Shown: positions 29,874-41,643, counted from the first letter of the stretch. The stretch: DNA of 42,509 nt from Pseudomonadota bacterium (GCA_038744645.1 JBCDMA010000001.1:1-42509); one strand, 5' to 3'. The notes: generated by a model not told the origin, from the sequence alone. Numbers and translations: made by a program.

Positions 29874-30251
29874 ATGAGAGCTGTCTTAGCTGTCATACTG
29901 TTTGCCGCTATCGTGGCATTTAATGTAACGGGTGATCAAGCGTCTGATAATCGAGCAGAGCATGAGATGTTGCATGGTTTGTCTAAAGACACATTGATTT
30001 CGATCATCAATGATAATGGCGGTTCAGTTACCAAAGAATACAAATTCATCAATGCAATTGGCGCATCTTTAAATAAAAAACAGCTCTCTTTAATTACGGG
30101 CAAGTTTTCTGAGCGCCGCGTAACTAAGAGCTCAGAAACCAACGTGTCTACAGGCATTAATAATGCGGGTCCATTTGTAGAACGGATATCGATTCTATTC
30201 AGAAAGAACGGACTGACCATAAATAAATCCTACTTAAGATCCGACATGTAA
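29874..30251 (+). pseudogene. probable 5' remnant of a secreted S8 peptidase (signal plus propeptide-like segment), or a small secreted protein
   Basis: AGGAG RBS, signal peptide, and GGSVTKEYKFINAIGASL resembling a subtilase I9-type propeptide; no catalytic domain follows. Confidence 0.45.
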
Positions 30252-30260
30252 TGCCGATTA
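30234..30260 (+). promoter_or_regulatory. putative sigma28 promoter of the hybrid kinase operon
   Basis: TTAA-N15-GCCGATTA. Confidence 0.5.
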
Positions 30261-30334
30261 ATTAATACGATCGCCTATACATTTATAAGACATATAGAAA
30301 GTGCTCTAGAGAGCGCTTTTTTGAGTGGTAAATA

Positions 30335-33300
30335 TTGAAACCAACTTACCTTACAACATTCTGTATTGTACTTCTTGTGCTCTCCTTCCAGCCCCTGGGA
30401 GTGCAGGCGGACATACTGTCCCCTACCTTCCAACAACTTCAATTCCAAAACCTTGACCCAGAACAAACAGGGATCCACCCTGCAGTCAATACGATCGTTC
30501 AAGATAAAGAAGGTTTCATCTGGCTGGGCACTCAAGACGGATTAGAGCGATTCGATGGTGTTAACTTTGTACATTATTATATGAGCAAAGATTCCAATAG
30601 ACGCATAAGTAGCAACTGGATAAATCACGCTTTTGTTGATTCCGTTGGCAATTTATATATTGCTACAAGTGGAGGAATAGATCTATATGACTATTCTACT
30701 CAATCGTTTAGTCCGTTAAATGAGCAAGTTGAAGGTTTACCAAATCAAGAATATGTGTCTATTGTCGAAAGTACATCTGGCAGTCTTTGGTTTGTCTCAA
30801 GTTCTAATGATATCTATCTTTATAAACGCCAGAACAATGCGTTAACGCATTTTAGTTTAGAAAACAAAAGCACTAATAAAGCACCGTGGCAAGCACGGAG
30901 CCATGTAAATCCTCATCCGAAACATGAATTAATAGTGAACACGCTAAGTAATGGTGTCTTTATCTATGAAACTGATGCAGAGCGATTTATGCCGTTTGAT
31001 GCTCTATACAAAATAGTAGGCAAAGAAAGGGGTATAAGATCACTGTTCGTAATTTCATCTGAGAATTTGATGGTAATATTTAGAGACGGCGGTGCCGTTA
31101 TTGTCAATCTGGAGACGAATGCGATAGACCCGCTTCCATCAACGTTTTGTGGCAAGAAAGCTATCAAGTTACTCGCAGGTAACAATGGAAAGCTTTGGTT
31201 TGGTTCCAATCAAGGTTTATGCGGTTATGATGTGGAATCGGGTGAGAGCTTTCTTTACCAACATCAACCCAAACGTTACAAAAGTTTAATCGAAAATCGA
31301 ATCAATACCATCTATCAAGACAAGGGCAATGTCATTTGGGTCGGTACCATGAATGGTGTGAGTAAGTGGAATGATACTATTAAAAACTTCACTCACATCA
31401 ATGACGAAGATGTGTTAAATAGCAAAGTGGTGACCTCCTTTGCACATGATCCTATCAATAATTTTCACTATGTCGGTACTTTTAGCGGTGGGTTTACCAA
31501 GATTGATAATGTTTCGGGCGAAGTGCATATTATCAATCAAATAACGGAGCCCGCTCTGCTTGACGATCGAGTGATGTCGCTGCGCGCTGCAAATGAGGGC
31601 GATATTTGGGTAGGTACTTTCCAACAGGGAATATTTCAGTTCTCATCTGACATGAATTTGATCAAACATTGGCATGAGAAAGACAGTGAAAACCCGATAT
31701 CTTCAAATGCAATAAGTAAAATCATTCAGTTAAAAAATAACGATATGGCCGTAGCGACCGTCGGCGGTGGAATCAATATTATCGATGATGATGGTAATGT
31801 TAGAGTCTTTAAATCTGATCCAAGCAGTGAAACATCGATTGCTTCAGATGTCGTGCTCGATCTTATTGAAGACAGCGATGGCCGCATTTGGGTAGCAACA
31901 TTGGAAGGTGGTCTCAATGTTATTAGTCTACAAAACGACACGGTTTTCTCCTTTGATAGACTCCATGAAACCAGTCAACTTCAGATTGGCAAAAATATCT
32001 TTACACTTTATGACATGGGTGACCAAATACTATTAGGTACGCAAGAGCAGGGTCTCATTCGTTTAGCAAAAGCATCTTTCTTTACCCACAAGCTTGATAT
32101 AAGTGTCTATGGCATAGCAGACGGCCTGCCGAGTGACGCAATTTACGGCATCATTCCACACCAAGATAAAATTTGGATTTCACATGCTCGTGGACTATCA
32201 AGCATTAACAAAATCGATAGGTCAGTTGTGAACTTCAACTCAAGCCATGGCACGCAAGGAGCTGATTTTACTGCAGGTGCTTTTTTCAAGGACCATGAAG
32301 GTACTTTGTTTTTTGGTGGAACAAACGGATTCAATGTATTTAAACCTGCAGATTTAGGTATGAACATGCACCGAGCGCCGCTCAAATTGCTTGAGGTGAT
32401 GCACGGTGAGACAGTGGTTTCAGGCAATGAAATCATAGCCCGTGGCATGCCGATCACACTAGATTACGATGAGAAATTTTTGCGCCTTGAATTTGCACTC
32501 CTTGATTATACTCAACCCGACAAAAATAGTTACGCGTATCGCATAGAAGGGCTGGGTGACAGGCAAGTAGATAAAGGAAATGATGGCGTATTGCAATTTA
32601 CCAGTTTGCCGCATGGAGACTATGTCATTTCTGTTGACGCACAGAATAGCGATGGTGTACCCGCGATTAAACCTGTGAAAATCCCTATATCAATCAACCC
32701 TCCCCCATGGCTATCAAAGACCGCATATACGTTATACGTTATCACCGCTTTATTATTATTGGCTTTTGCTTATAGCTATTATCGTCGAAAAATCAATGCG
32801 CAAATTCGTTTTCAGAACAAATTAAAACAGCGCGTAGACGAACGGACAAAAGAACTTAATCAATCCAATGAAATGCTCCTCTTGGCCATTGATGAGAAAG
32901 AGCACGCTAAACAAAAAGCGGAAAAAGCCACTGAGGCAAAATCTGAATTCATAGCAACGGTGTCACATGAAATCAGGACGCCCATGAACAGTATCTTAGG
33001 AATGAGCGAGTTGCTGTTAACAACTGATCTCGATAGGAAGCAGCGTTCATACGCAAGTAATGTCAATAATGCAGGCAGTCTTCTGCTTGACCTTTTGAAT
33101 AATATTTTGGACTTCTCAAAACTGGAGTCCAATAATATGACAACAGAATACATTGATACTGATGTATTCGAGTTAGTTGAAGACACCGTGTTCCTATTTA
33201 AGGATAAAGCGCAAACGAACTTTGTTAGTTTGAATGTGGTAATTGATCCTGCAGCAACACAATACGTGCAAGTTGACCCAACAAAACTGCGTCAAATTCT

Positions 33301-34867
33301 GATGAATCTAGTCAGCAATGCTATCAAGTTTACCCTCTATGGTCATGTTACGTGTTATGTCAGTTGTGATCTAAACAAACTCACGATAGCAGTAGATGAC
33401 ACCGGTATTGGCATGTCAAAGGAACAATTAGAATCTGTTTTCAAAGCATTTGAACAAGCCGACAGTTCAATAACGCGAAAATATGGAGGCACAGGGCTTG
33501 GATTGTCCATCACCAAATCACTTGTAGAAATACTCAACGGCAAAATCACCGTTGCCTCTACCGAAGGCGAAGGCAGTCGGTTTGAAGTCCAGTTGCCCGT
33601 TAGGACCGTGGCCAATGTTGAAGAGCGCGTTCAAAATCGTCATTTTAACGACCTAGCCATCCATCTTTGTATTGATGAAGCACCTTGCCAACAAGCAGTT
33701 GCTTCTCTGTTAGAAAGACAAATGCTGACATTTGCGCTAGGCATGCCAACCTCTACGAACGAAACCAAGCAATTGGTTGTTATCGTTGAGCCTGACTTAG
33801 CGACGCCGGATACTGTTGAAAATCTGATACAAAAATACGGTGCTTCAGTGGTGATACTGTGTGATGAGTCAGCCTACTCTGTGGAAAGCCTCCGGTCATC
33901 GACAGATTTTTACTTCTTGCCAGCGCCATTTACGACAAAGAACCTGACTGACATTTTTGAAGAAGTGGTACAGAGCAATGACGATAGCGTTGAAGATGAC
34001 GCGTTGCTCTTTGGCAAACAGTATCAATTTAATGCCAGTGTTATGTTAGTCGAAGACCAGCAAGCAAATATTGAAATGGCCTCGGCCATGTTTAACATTT
34101 TGGGCGTGACGTTTGACGTTGCGAAAACTGGCGTTCAAGCTATTGAGAAGTGTCGTCAACGGCATTATGACTTGATCTTTATGGATTGCCATATGCCGCT
34201 TATGGATGGGTTCACTGCATCCACAAGATTGCGCGAAGCAGAAGTTAATGATGGAACACCACATAAAACTATTGTTGCAATGACCGCAGGTTTTGGTCAA
34301 GATTACGAAGTTAAATGCAAACACGCAGGCATGGATGACTTGCTAACAAAACCTTACACAATTAATCAGTTGCTAAATACGCTACAGAGACACTTGAGTG
34401 ATTTTGTTGTTGAGAAAGAAGTTCAACAAGCTGTCAAGAGTGTGACATCAGCGATTACCAATGACGAGTTAGCAACGACAAACCAACAAACAGATGATTT
34501 GAAGTACATCAAATTCACCGCGGTAGAGCCAATATTGTCGTTGACTCAAGACAATGGTGAATCACTCTATCAGAAAGTTAGCCAGTTATTTTTTGATGAA
34601 ATGGCGCAGTGTTACCCCGAGTTCAGCGGTCGACTAGCGAACGCGTCTTTTGATTACATTGCAGAAAAAGCTCATGCATTAAAATCAATGTCCGGAAACG
34701 TTGGTGCGAATGTGTTGTACAATGAGCTGCATCAACTGGAAAAGGCCGCAAAATCTGAAGCGGCTGCACAGTGCGAACAATTGCTCTCCCGTATTGAAAA
34801 CACCTTTGAAATGACGAAAAAGGAAATTGAAACAATTACAAAGAAGGTGTTCGCGGATGCAGGATGA
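30335..34867 (+). CDS. hybrid sensor histidine kinase: beta-propeller/Y_Y_Y sensor, TM, HisKA, HATPase, REC, HPt
   Basis: Repeated D..G.IW.GT..GL blades; SHEIRTPMN; [15 protein letters not shown] and GGTGLGL; FMDCHMP; [13 protein letters not shown]; TTG start. Confidence 0.93.
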   Translation: MKPTYLTTFCIVLLVLSFQPLGVQADILSPTFQQLQFQNLDPEQTGIHPAVNTIVQDKEGFIWLGTQDGLERFDGVNFVHYYMSKDSNRRISSNWINHAFVDSVGNLYIATSGGIDLYDYSTQSFSPLNEQVEGLPNQEYVSIVESTSGSLWFVSSSNDIYLYKRQNNALTHFSLENKSTNKAPWQARSHVNPHPKHELIVNTLSNGVFIYETDAERFMPFDALYKIVGKERGIRSLFVISSENLMVIFRDGGAVIVNLETNAIDPLPSTFCGKKAIKLLAGNNGKLWFGSNQGLCGYDVESGESFLYQHQPKRYKSLIENRINTIYQDKGNVIWVGTMNGVSKWNDTIKNFTHINDEDVLNSKVVTSFAHDPINNFHYVGTFSGGFTKIDNVSGEVHIINQITEPALLDDRVMSLRAANEGDIWVGTFQQGIFQFSSDMNLIKHWHEKDSENPISSNAISKIIQLKNNDMAVATVGGGINIIDDDGNVRVFKSDPSSETSIASDVVLDLIEDSDGRIWVATLEGGLNVISLQNDTVFSFDRLHETSQLQIGKNIFTLYDMGDQILLGTQEQGLIRLAKASFFTHKLDISVYGIADGLPSDAIYGIIPHQDKIWISHARGLSSINKIDRSVVNFNSSHGTQGADFTAGAFFKDHEGTLFFGGTNGFNVFKPADLGMNMHRAPLKLLEVMHGETVVSGNEIIARGMPITLDYDEKFLRLEFALLDYTQPDKNSYAYRIEGLGDRQVDKGNDGVLQFTSLPHGDYVISVDAQNSDGVPAIKPVKIPISINPPPWLSKTAYTLYVITALLLLAFAYSYYRRKINAQIRFQNKLKQRVDERTKELNQSNEMLLLAIDEKEHAKQKAEKATEAKSEFIATVSHEIRTPMNSILGMSELLLTTDLDRKQRSYASNVNNAGSLLLDLLNNILDFSKLESNNMTTEYIDTDVFELVEDTVFLFKDKAQTNFVSLNVVIDPAATQYVQVDPTKLRQILMNLVSNAIKFTLYGHVTCYVSCDLNKLTIAVDDTGIGMSKEQLESVFKAFEQADSSITRKYGGTGLGLSITKSLVEILNGKITVASTEGEGSRFEVQLPVRTVANVEERVQNRHFNDLAIHLCIDEAPCQQAVASLLERQMLTFALGMPTSTNETKQLVVIVEPDLATPDTVENLIQKYGASVVILCDESAYSVESLRSSTDFYFLPAPFTTKNLTDIFEEVVQSNDDSVEDDALLFGKQYQFNASVMLVEDQQANIEMASAMFNILGVTFDVAKTGVQAIEKCRQRHYDLIFMDCHMPLMDGFTASTRLREAEVNDGTPHKTIVAMTAGFGQDYEVKCKHAGMDDLLTKPYTINQLLNTLQRHLSDFVVEKEVQQAVKSVTSAITNDELATTNQQTDDLKYIKFTAVEPILSLTQDNGESLYQKVSQLFFDEMAQCYPEFSGRLANASFDYIAEKAHALKSMSGNVGANVLYNELHQLEKAAKSEAAAQCEQLLSRIENTFEMTKKEIETITKKVFADAG
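32698..32705 (-). other. KOPS (GGGNAGGG) oriented towards dif
   Basis: CCCTCCCC on + equals GGGGAGGG on -, right of dif. Confidence 0.4.
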
Positions 34868-36665
34868 GAACAAAAACATCAAGATCCTCGTTTGTGATGA
34901 TGACATAACGCACCTTATAGTAATGGAAAAAACACTGAGTAATGAAGGTTACACAGTGATTACGGCCAATGATGGTCGCAAATCTGTTGTTGCATACGAA
35001 CAAAACAATCCTGACATGATCCTACTGGATGTCAAAATGCCGTTTAAGAGCGGTTTCGAGGTATGCGAATTCATCCGCTCAAATAAAACCAACGCTGATA
35101 TTCCAATACTCATGGTCACGGGCAGTGATGATCAAGAATCTGTTGAGCGAGCGTTTGCAAGTGGCGCGACGGACTTTTTATCTAAGCCCATAAACTGGGC
35201 AATGATCACCTATCGTGTCAAATATATCTTAAAAAACCATCACTCGTTGTTGGCATTAAAATCCGCAAAAGAAAAACTCAAACGTATAGCCTATTATGAC
35301 GCGTTGACCGGTTTGCCAAATAGGCAGGCTTTTAAAAAGTCGACAAGTATTGCACTAGAAAAATCTAGACAGTCGAATACACAGGTGGCAATCATCTGTA
35401 TCGGTTTGGATAATTTCAGACGAATTAATGATTCTGCAGGACGGCAGCACGGTGATAACGCGATAAAAACCATCGCAAGTCGACTGATGCATTCGCTTCG
35501 TTACTGCGATAAGTTATTGCACTCGCCTTTTGTAGAATCATCCGACGGTGGTGAAGATAACTTAGAGCTCGATACCGCACGCATTGATGCCGATGATTTT
35601 GCCATTCTATTGCCAGAAATTAACAACAAAGATGATGCGAAACTGGTGTGTGATCGCCTAGTAAAAACGATCAATCAGCCAATTGATATCAGCGGGTATC
35701 AAGTAGTGATCAAACCTGAAATTGGCATTGCCATATCAGAAAATGGCAAAGAATCCGTTGATGAGTTAATGAAAAACGCTGAAACGGCGATGCACCTCGC
35801 CAAAGGAAAAGGGCCAGAGAACCCGGTTTTTTATATCAACACTGCACCCGACAGCACGATTGATTCGTTGAAATACGAAGCGGCCATCAGGGAAAGTATT
35901 GTCAATGATGACTTCTTTTTGGTGTTTCAGCCCAAAGTCGGCCTTAAAGATGGAAAGATTGTCGGGGTTGAGTGCCTGACACGCTGGGAACACCCCACGA
36001 TGGGCATCATTCCGCCTTTTAAATTTATCCCGTTAGCCGAAGAGACCGGATTAATTATAGAACTCGGTGATTGGATCTTAAGAGAAGCATGTCAAAAAGC
36101 AAAAGAGCTTAGTCTACAATTTCCAGAATACAACGGTTCGTTTTCGATTAACGTCTCTGCGCGACAGCTGTCACATGGAAGCTTCATCGAGAACGTAAAG
36201 CATATCTTGAATGAAACACAAATAGATGCGTCTAGAATTACCTTTGAAATTACTGAAAGCCTGATTATCGAAGATGCGTCGGAAAACAATAGTAAGCTTT
36301 CAGAACTTAGAGAACTCGGGATCAAACTTTCGATTGACGATTTTGGCACAGGTTATTCTTCTTTAGCGTATCTCAAAACTTTCCCTGTAGATGAGTTAAA
36401 AATCGATAGGTCATTTGTGAACGGGTTGGACCACAACACGGTTGATAAAGACGTTGTTAAAACCATTTTGCTATTAGCAGAGTCACTAAAGTTAAATGTT
36501 GTTGTTGAAGGGATTGAAACAAAAACACAAGTTGAAATTCTGCGCCAACTAGAAACGGCGATTGATGTATCAATCCAAGGATTCTATTACTATAAGCCTA
36601 TGCCGTTAGAAGATTTGTTTAAGGTGTTTTCAACATCTTTAGATAAAGACGTGGCAGTTAAGTAG
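34857..36665 (+). CDS. response regulator REC-GGDEF(degenerate)-EAL
   Basis: REC DDD/D/T/K residues; GGDEF replaced by DADDF; ECLTRW and [10 protein letters not shown]; start ATG 34857 overlaps the kinase stop. Confidence 0.92.
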   Translation: MQDENKNIKILVCDDDITHLIVMEKTLSNEGYTVITANDGRKSVVAYEQNNPDMILLDVKMPFKSGFEVCEFIRSNKTNADIPILMVTGSDDQESVERAFASGATDFLSKPINWAMITYRVKYILKNHHSLLALKSAKEKLKRIAYYDALTGLPNRQAFKKSTSIALEKSRQSNTQVAIICIGLDNFRRINDSAGRQHGDNAIKTIASRLMHSLRYCDKLLHSPFVESSDGGEDNLELDTARIDADDFAILLPEINNKDDAKLVCDRLVKTINQPIDISGYQVVIKPEIGIAISENGKESVDELMKNAETAMHLAKGKGPENPVFYINTAPDSTIDSLKYEAAIRESIVNDDFFLVFQPKVGLKDGKIVGVECLTRWEHPTMGIIPPFKFIPLAEETGLIIELGDWILREACQKAKELSLQFPEYNGSFSINVSARQLSHGSFIENVKHILNETQIDASRITFEITESLIIEDASENNSKLSELRELGIKLSIDDFGTGYSSLAYLKTFPVDELKIDRSFVNGLDHNTVDKDVVKTILLLAESLKLNVVVEGIETKTQVEILRQLETAIDVSIQGFYYYKPMPLEDLFKVFSTSLDKDVAVK

Positions 36666-36815
36666 CCTGTGTTTATAGTTCTCCGTTTCTGGTTCATCAC
36701 AACGTCATAAAGAGCCCTATCACCAGCGATTACATTTTTTTACAACTCTCTAATAGCCTCTTATAGTTATCCAGCCTTGCATTCCGCCAATTTTTTATAA
36801 TAAAAGGCTAAAACC

Positions 36816-36842
36816 TGTCCCCTATTCGCATTGTCGTTCGTT
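36816..36842 (+). promoter_or_regulatory. putative ECF sigma promoter upstream of the YciI gene
   Basis: TGTCCC-N17-CGTT, resembling TGTC.../CG-type ECF41/42 promoters. Confidence 0.4.
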
Positions 36843-36912
36843 AATAGAGTGCATCTAAAACAAAAAGGTGCATTTCAAATCAAATTTAGTAATACAAAAC
36901 TAGGAAAAAATT

Positions 36913-37263
36913 ATGCAAAAATTTATGTTTATTTATCACGGCGGCGACCCTGAATGGCATGCAAGTGCAAATGAAGAAGAATTGATGGCGGGTATGAAAG
37001 AATGGGAAACATGGATGGAAGCCTTGAGCGCAAAGGGACAACTCGTTTCCGGTGGCGACCCACTTGAGTATTCAGGCAAACGGCTCAATGCAAAAGGTGT
37101 GGTAACGGATATCGCCAGCGCTGAACTAAAAGAATTGGTCAGTGGTTATTCTGTGGTATCTGCTGAGTCGATTGATGAAGCGGTAGAAATCGCGCGAACG
37201 TGCCCGATCTGGCAGTACCCTCATACGACAGTTGAAGTGCGGCCAATACAAGAATACTCATAG
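36913..37263 (+). CDS. YciI/DGPF-family protein
   Basis: KFMFIY, W..WM..L...G.L..G.PL, KELVSGY..V.A.S.DEA.EIA..CP and VEVRP motifs. Confidence 0.88.
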   Translation: MQKFMFIYHGGDPEWHASANEEELMAGMKEWETWMEALSAKGQLVSGGDPLEYSGKRLNAKGVVTDIASAELKELVSGYSVVSAESIDEAVEIARTCPIWQYPHTTVEVRPIQEYS

Positions 37264-37363
37264 GCTGTCTTTGTTAGTTTATAGATGTAGTGGATGAATT
37301 GTGCTTTGTGCGTGTTTGCTCAAAAATAGAAGCGCATGCTCTTAAGCAAAGCACAACGCGCTT

Positions 37364-38689
37364 TCACGGTCGTTGTGATGCTATTTTATTGATACGCTCG
37401 TGTAGAAAGCCTTGTTCTATGTCATTCATACCGTGTTTCATCGCTAATTTGATACAGTTAGTTGTGTTTTGATGTTCGCCCAAATGTGCGTGTAAGAACG
37501 CTGCGGTGGCATAATAGTGTTTGTTTACCGACGACGTATCTTTCCTTTGATAATCTGAAAGCGACTTAAGCCCGTCTTCTGGAACACCTGCACATCCTTG
37601 CGCGGCAGCCAGGCTGATTAAGTACATGGGTGAGTCAGTCAGGAGGTAGAGCTTTTGATAGTAATCAGTGATGAGTGACCAATTGGTGCTTTCAAAGCAA
37701 GTCGCGCGACAGTGTTCATAGGTAATGAGCGCTTCAAGTAAAAAACGGCCGGGCCTGGCATCAACCTTATTGAGGGCATGATCGAGCAGTTTTGTCCCGT
37801 CGATTATCAGCGAACGCCCCCATTTCTTGCGATCCTGCATATCCAGCGGCATATCTAGCACATTTCCGCGCAATCTTGCAGGAAAACGTGCGTGATGAAA
37901 ATGCATTAGTGCATACAAAGCATAGGTTTCGCTGGTGGCGGTTTTATCGCGTTTCAACAGTAAGTTGACTAACCCTATACTTTGCAGGCAAAGCATTTTG
38001 TTGCTGTCGTTTTGTACCGTTTGCGGATCAATGGTTCTTGAAAATAGCAGATACAGTGCCTTGTGCACTTTCGACAATGCTGTATCTCTTACTTGCAACG
38101 CCGATGTTTCAAAAGGTACCTCACTGAGTTGACGCCGCGTTCGCTGCAACCGTTTCTTGGCGTTTTCATAGGAAATAAACAAAGCATTGGCGGTTTCTTC
38201 GATAGACAAGCCACATAGCCATTTGAGCATAATAGCCAATTGATTCAATTCATCGAGTTCAGTAGTGGCAATCCACAAAAGCAGAGTAATTTCATCATCT
38301 TGCGTGTTTTCAAACGTGTCATGTATAGCGCTTTGCAACGTCCACTCGCTGCCCAGTGTGGGCTTCAAGTCTGTGGTTTTTGATTGTTTTCTTAGCGTAT
38401 CAATGGCTTGATGTTTAGCGGTCATCGTCAACCACGCAGGTGGGTTTCCCGGTAGGCCGTGAATTCGCCAATGTGATAACGCTTTGGTAAAGGTCTCTTG
38501 CAGACAGTCTTCTGCCAATTGCAAATGACTACTGCCAAACAATTTGAGTAAGGTCGCAAGTAATTGTTTGCCTTGTGCCTTGAAAATTTCTTCAACGGCG
38601 GCTTCGATATTTTGCTCAGTTGCGTCTTTTGTGCCAGTGATTGTTTTCGTCGTTGAGTCTTTGCTCATCGATTCGGTTTTCATTGCCAT
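37364..38689 (-). CDS. ECF sigma factor with long C-terminal extension (ECF42-like)
   Basis: Region 2 (AEDCLQETF..AL..W...G.P.NP.AWL), region 4 (CGLSIEETANAL), and QDR..W in a TPR-like tail; start uncertain (38689, 38683 or 38668). Confidence 0.85.
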   Translation of the reverse strand: MAMKTESMSKDSTTKTITGTKDATEQNIEAAVEEIFKAQGKQLLATLLKLFGSSHLQLAEDCLQETFTKALSHWRIHGLPGNPPAWLTMTAKHQAIDTLRKQSKTTDLKPTLGSEWTLQSAIHDTFENTQDDEITLLLWIATTELDELNQLAIMLKWLCGLSIEETANALFISYENAKKRLQRTRRQLSEVPFETSALQVRDTALSKVHKALYLLFSRTIDPQTVQNDSNKMLCLQSIGLVNLLLKRDKTATSETYALYALMHFHHARFPARLRGNVLDMPLDMQDRKKWGRSLIIDGTKLLDHALNKVDARPGRFLLEALITYEHCRATCFESTNWSLITDYYQKLYLLTDSPMYLISLAAAQGCAGVPEDGLKSLSDYQRKDTSSVNKHYYATAAFLHAHLGEHQNTTNCIKLAMKHGMNDIEQGFLHERINKIASQRP

Positions 38690-39182
38690 TGAAAAAACTA
38701 TCCATAACCCATTGTCGCCAACATTGTCTTTTGACAGGTAGCGTCACGATTCTGCTCAATATATAGGATATGATTACAAGGCATAAAAACGCAATGTTGT
38801 TTTGCTATTTGAGGTATATGAGATTGAGCCGTTTATCCATGATTTATAAAACGACTCTGTCACAGACGAATACTGCGTCAAATGCTTGTTCTCTATCGCC
38901 TGCCTCTTCCAATGACTGAGAAATACGTCGTCTGTCAACCATTTGCTACGCAAAACATGATGTTATTAGCGCTTCGTAGCATATCAAGACTTTTATTTTT
39001 CATTGCTTGGTGGCATGCTTCCAACGAAAGGGAGTCGTAAAGTTTCGTCTCTGTAATCCGCACAATCAACAGGTGTGCAGATTTCGTATAGACCTCAAAA
39101 GTAAACTGGAGCAGTGGTCGCGCAGCATCATCACACAAAACATGAATTCTACTGAATCTTTTAAATCGATAGTACGCGTTGT

Positions 39183-39614
39183 ATGAAGGGTATCTTATAC
39201 ATAAGTAAAGCGAACACAGAGTTTACTGAAAAAGCTCTGACGGAACTATGCATTCAGTCAGCAGCAAAAAACGAAGAGTTTGATATAACCGGGTTCTTGT
39301 GTTTTTTTGGCAATACGTTCCTTCAATACATAGAAGGCTTCGATGAAGTCATAACTCTGATGGATAATATACGTGCAGATACCAGACACCGTATATTGTA
39401 TGAAACCGAACCTGAGTACGTTGGGCGACGCAATTTCTCTTCCTGGTCAATGAAATACGTTAAAGACAGTGAGTTATCAAAAGTACGGCTCGAGAACTGC
39501 GTTGAACAGAACCTGCATTTTGTGAATAAAAACTATTTTGACAAAGATCGCTGCAACATGTATTTGTGGCAGCAAGCAAGGACGATTTCCTTGTTACAAG
39601 ATTTACGCGGATAA
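39183..39614 (+). CDS. stand-alone BLUF blue-light photoreceptor
   Basis: Y6, N30, ITG.L, FLQYIEG (Q48), D.RH and R.F..WSM. Confidence 0.9.
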   Translation: MKGILYISKANTEFTEKALTELCIQSAAKNEEFDITGFLCFFGNTFLQYIEGFDEVITLMDNIRADTRHRILYETEPEYVGRRNFSSWSMKYVKDSELSKVRLENCVEQNLHFVNKNYFDKDRCNMYLWQQARTISLLQDLRG

Positions 39615-39615
39615 C

Positions 39616-40098
39616 CTAGTTATTCAATAGCATCAATAAAAATGTGCCCACCAACGCTGGCTTTTCTCTATTTTTAATCATGGTGGTAACGTCAAATGAA
39701 TAGAGTGCGCCGGCAGGTTTATCGTCAATTCTCGTCAGTTCAAATTTGAATTTAATACTATCTCCGCTTCTCACCGGCTCTAAGAATCTAATTTTATCTA
39801 CACCGTAATTGATAAGGGTTTGTTTTTCAGGCTCAAGGTGCACCAATTCTTCAAACTGGCTTGGCACGAGTGAACTGGTCAGAAAACCATGAGCAATCGT
39901 TGTTTTAAACGGACTGCTAGTGGCGCACTTTTGTTTATCTAAGTGGATCCATTGAAAGTCCCCTGTTGCCTTAGCAAAGTCTTCAATATTACTTTGAGAT
40001 ATAACGATCCAATGGGTCGATATGAGTTGATCTCCGACTTGAAGATCTGTCATTCTAATCTTGGAATTCGATGCCATCGCATGCTGTGAATCGTTCAT
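39616..40098 (-). CDS. MaoC-family (hotdog) dehydratase
   Basis: FAKATGDFQWIHLD, TIAHGFLT and NYG.DKIRF..PV motifs. Confidence 0.9.
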   Translation of the reverse strand: MNDSQHAMASNSKIRMTDLQVGDQLISTHWIVISQSNIEDFAKATGDFQWIHLDKQKCATSSPFKTTIAHGFLTSSLVPSQFEELVHLEPEKQTLINYGVDKIRFLEPVRSGDSIKFKFELTRIDDKPAGALYSFDVTTMIKNREKPALVGTFLLMLLNN

Positions 40099-40133
40099 TG
40101 TTTAAAACCTATTTGTTTCTATTGTTTTGCAGT

Positions 40134-41447
40134 TTAAAAGATACCCTGCGAATGTGCTTGCTGCATTAACTCATCTCTAAATTTTGGATGTGCAATATGA
40201 ATCAGCGCGTTTGCTCTCTGTTGCAAAGACAATCCTTTTAAATTCGCGCAACCGTATTCTGTGACTACATAATGTGTGTCCATGCGCGTATCTGTAACAG
40301 TAGCACCGTTGAGCCTAGGGACGATTTTACTTAATTGTTCATTCTTGGCAGTTGAATGCAATGCGATAAAAGAACGTCCTCCCTGAGAAGCATATGCTCC
40401 TCGGACAAAATCGAGCTGGCCGCCTGTACCTGAAAATGGGTGCCCTGCCATCTCTTCAGCATTTATTTGTCCGCTTAAATCGATTTCAATCGCTGCGTTA
40501 ACGGAAACCATATTTCGATTTTTACGGATGATACTGGGATTATTTACCCAGGATGCGGGATATCCCACAATTGAAGGGTTATCGTCCATAAATTCGTACA
40601 TTGCTTTGTCACCAAGTGCCAAAGTAAACACATGTTTGTGTTGCATCCATGATTTGAGGCGTCCATTTATTACACCGTCCTGAATGAGGTCCACCATTGC
40701 GCTGCTAAAAAGCTCTGAATGCAGACCAAGGTTTTTATGATTCTTTAATGAGTGCAGGACAGAATACGGTACATTCCCGACACCTAGCTGCAGGGTATCT
40801 CCATCATCTATGTATTCGACAATGGTAGACGCAATGGTTTCATCTATTGGCGTGACAGGTTTACCAATGAATTCCATCAGCGGTTGATGGTTTTCGACAA
40901 TGCTATCGATCTCTGAAATATGTACAGAGCATTCTCCAAAGGTTCTTGGCATATACTCATTGACTTCTACGACGACATGTTTGGCTTTACGAATGACGCT
41001 AGCGCCATAGTCGGCATTCGTGCCCAGACTAAAATAACCGTGTTTATCCATCGGTGAGACGGTGGTCATAAAGACATCAGGTGTAATTTGTTCGGTCAAC
41101 AGTCGACCTACTTGATGAAAAGTCGCTGGGACAAACTCCACAATATTGTGTTGATTAAAGCGCTTTATCGCCGCCCTATCATGACTGCTCATAAACGCAG
41201 GTCTTGGGCAGAGTTGCTCGGCAAATTCCGGAATAAGTAGGTGCTCTGAAAGTGCTTGAGAACCATGCATATAATAAAGATTCAGGTGTTTTTTCGGTGA
41301 ATCCCTAAGTAATGAAGCCACACCTTGGATGAGCGCCGGTGGCATTGCAACGCCCATACCCAGGATAAGGTTGTCAGCGGCATGTAAAACGTCACACGCG
41401 GTGACTGAATCCATCAGTTTTTGTTGATACAACGCTGCAATATTCAT
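40134..41447 (-). CDS. acetyl-CoA hydrolase/CoA-transferase family protein
   Basis: TLQLGVG, LGLHSE, SGTGGQLDF and VVTEYG motifs. Confidence 0.92.
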   Translation of the reverse strand: MNIAALYQQKLMDSVTACDVLHAADNLILGMGVAMPPALIQGVASLLRDSPKKHLNLYYMHGSQALSEHLLIPEFAEQLCPRPAFMSSHDRAAIKRFNQHNIVEFVPATFHQVGRLLTEQITPDVFMTTVSPMDKHGYFSLGTNADYGASVIRKAKHVVVEVNEYMPRTFGECSVHISEIDSIVENHQPLMEFIGKPVTPIDETIASTIVEYIDDGDTLQLGVGNVPYSVLHSLKNHKNLGLHSELFSSAMVDLIQDGVINGRLKSWMQHKHVFTLALGDKAMYEFMDDNPSIVGYPASWVNNPSIIRKNRNMVSVNAAIEIDLSGQINAEEMAGHPFSGTGGQLDFVRGAYASQGGRSFIALHSTAKNEQLSKIVPRLNGATVTDTRMDTHYVVTEYGCANLKGLSLQQRANALIHIAHPKFRDELMQQAHSQGIF

Positions 41448-41643
41448 GAAGGTCTGCTTTAGTGTTCAACCAAAACATAAGATACCAGAAATTCCTTATT
41501 GCACTTGGTGGTTTAATCAAATATTCATTTATATTTCAATAATGTATATTTAAGTTTGCAATAGTGTTAATGAGTTGGGAACAAGACTTGATGATACATT
41601 TTTCAATGCTTAATCTCAGATCAATAACGTCTTTCTTTGCTGC

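Noticed and set aside
38690-39182. Short minus-strand ORFs between the sigma and BLUF genes
   Set aside because: No recognisable motif; a decayed gene cannot be excluded without a search
41533-41560. Second dif-like core ATAA-TGTATA-TT
   Set aside because: The XerD arm (TTTAAGTTTGC) does not match; likely chance in AT-rich DNA
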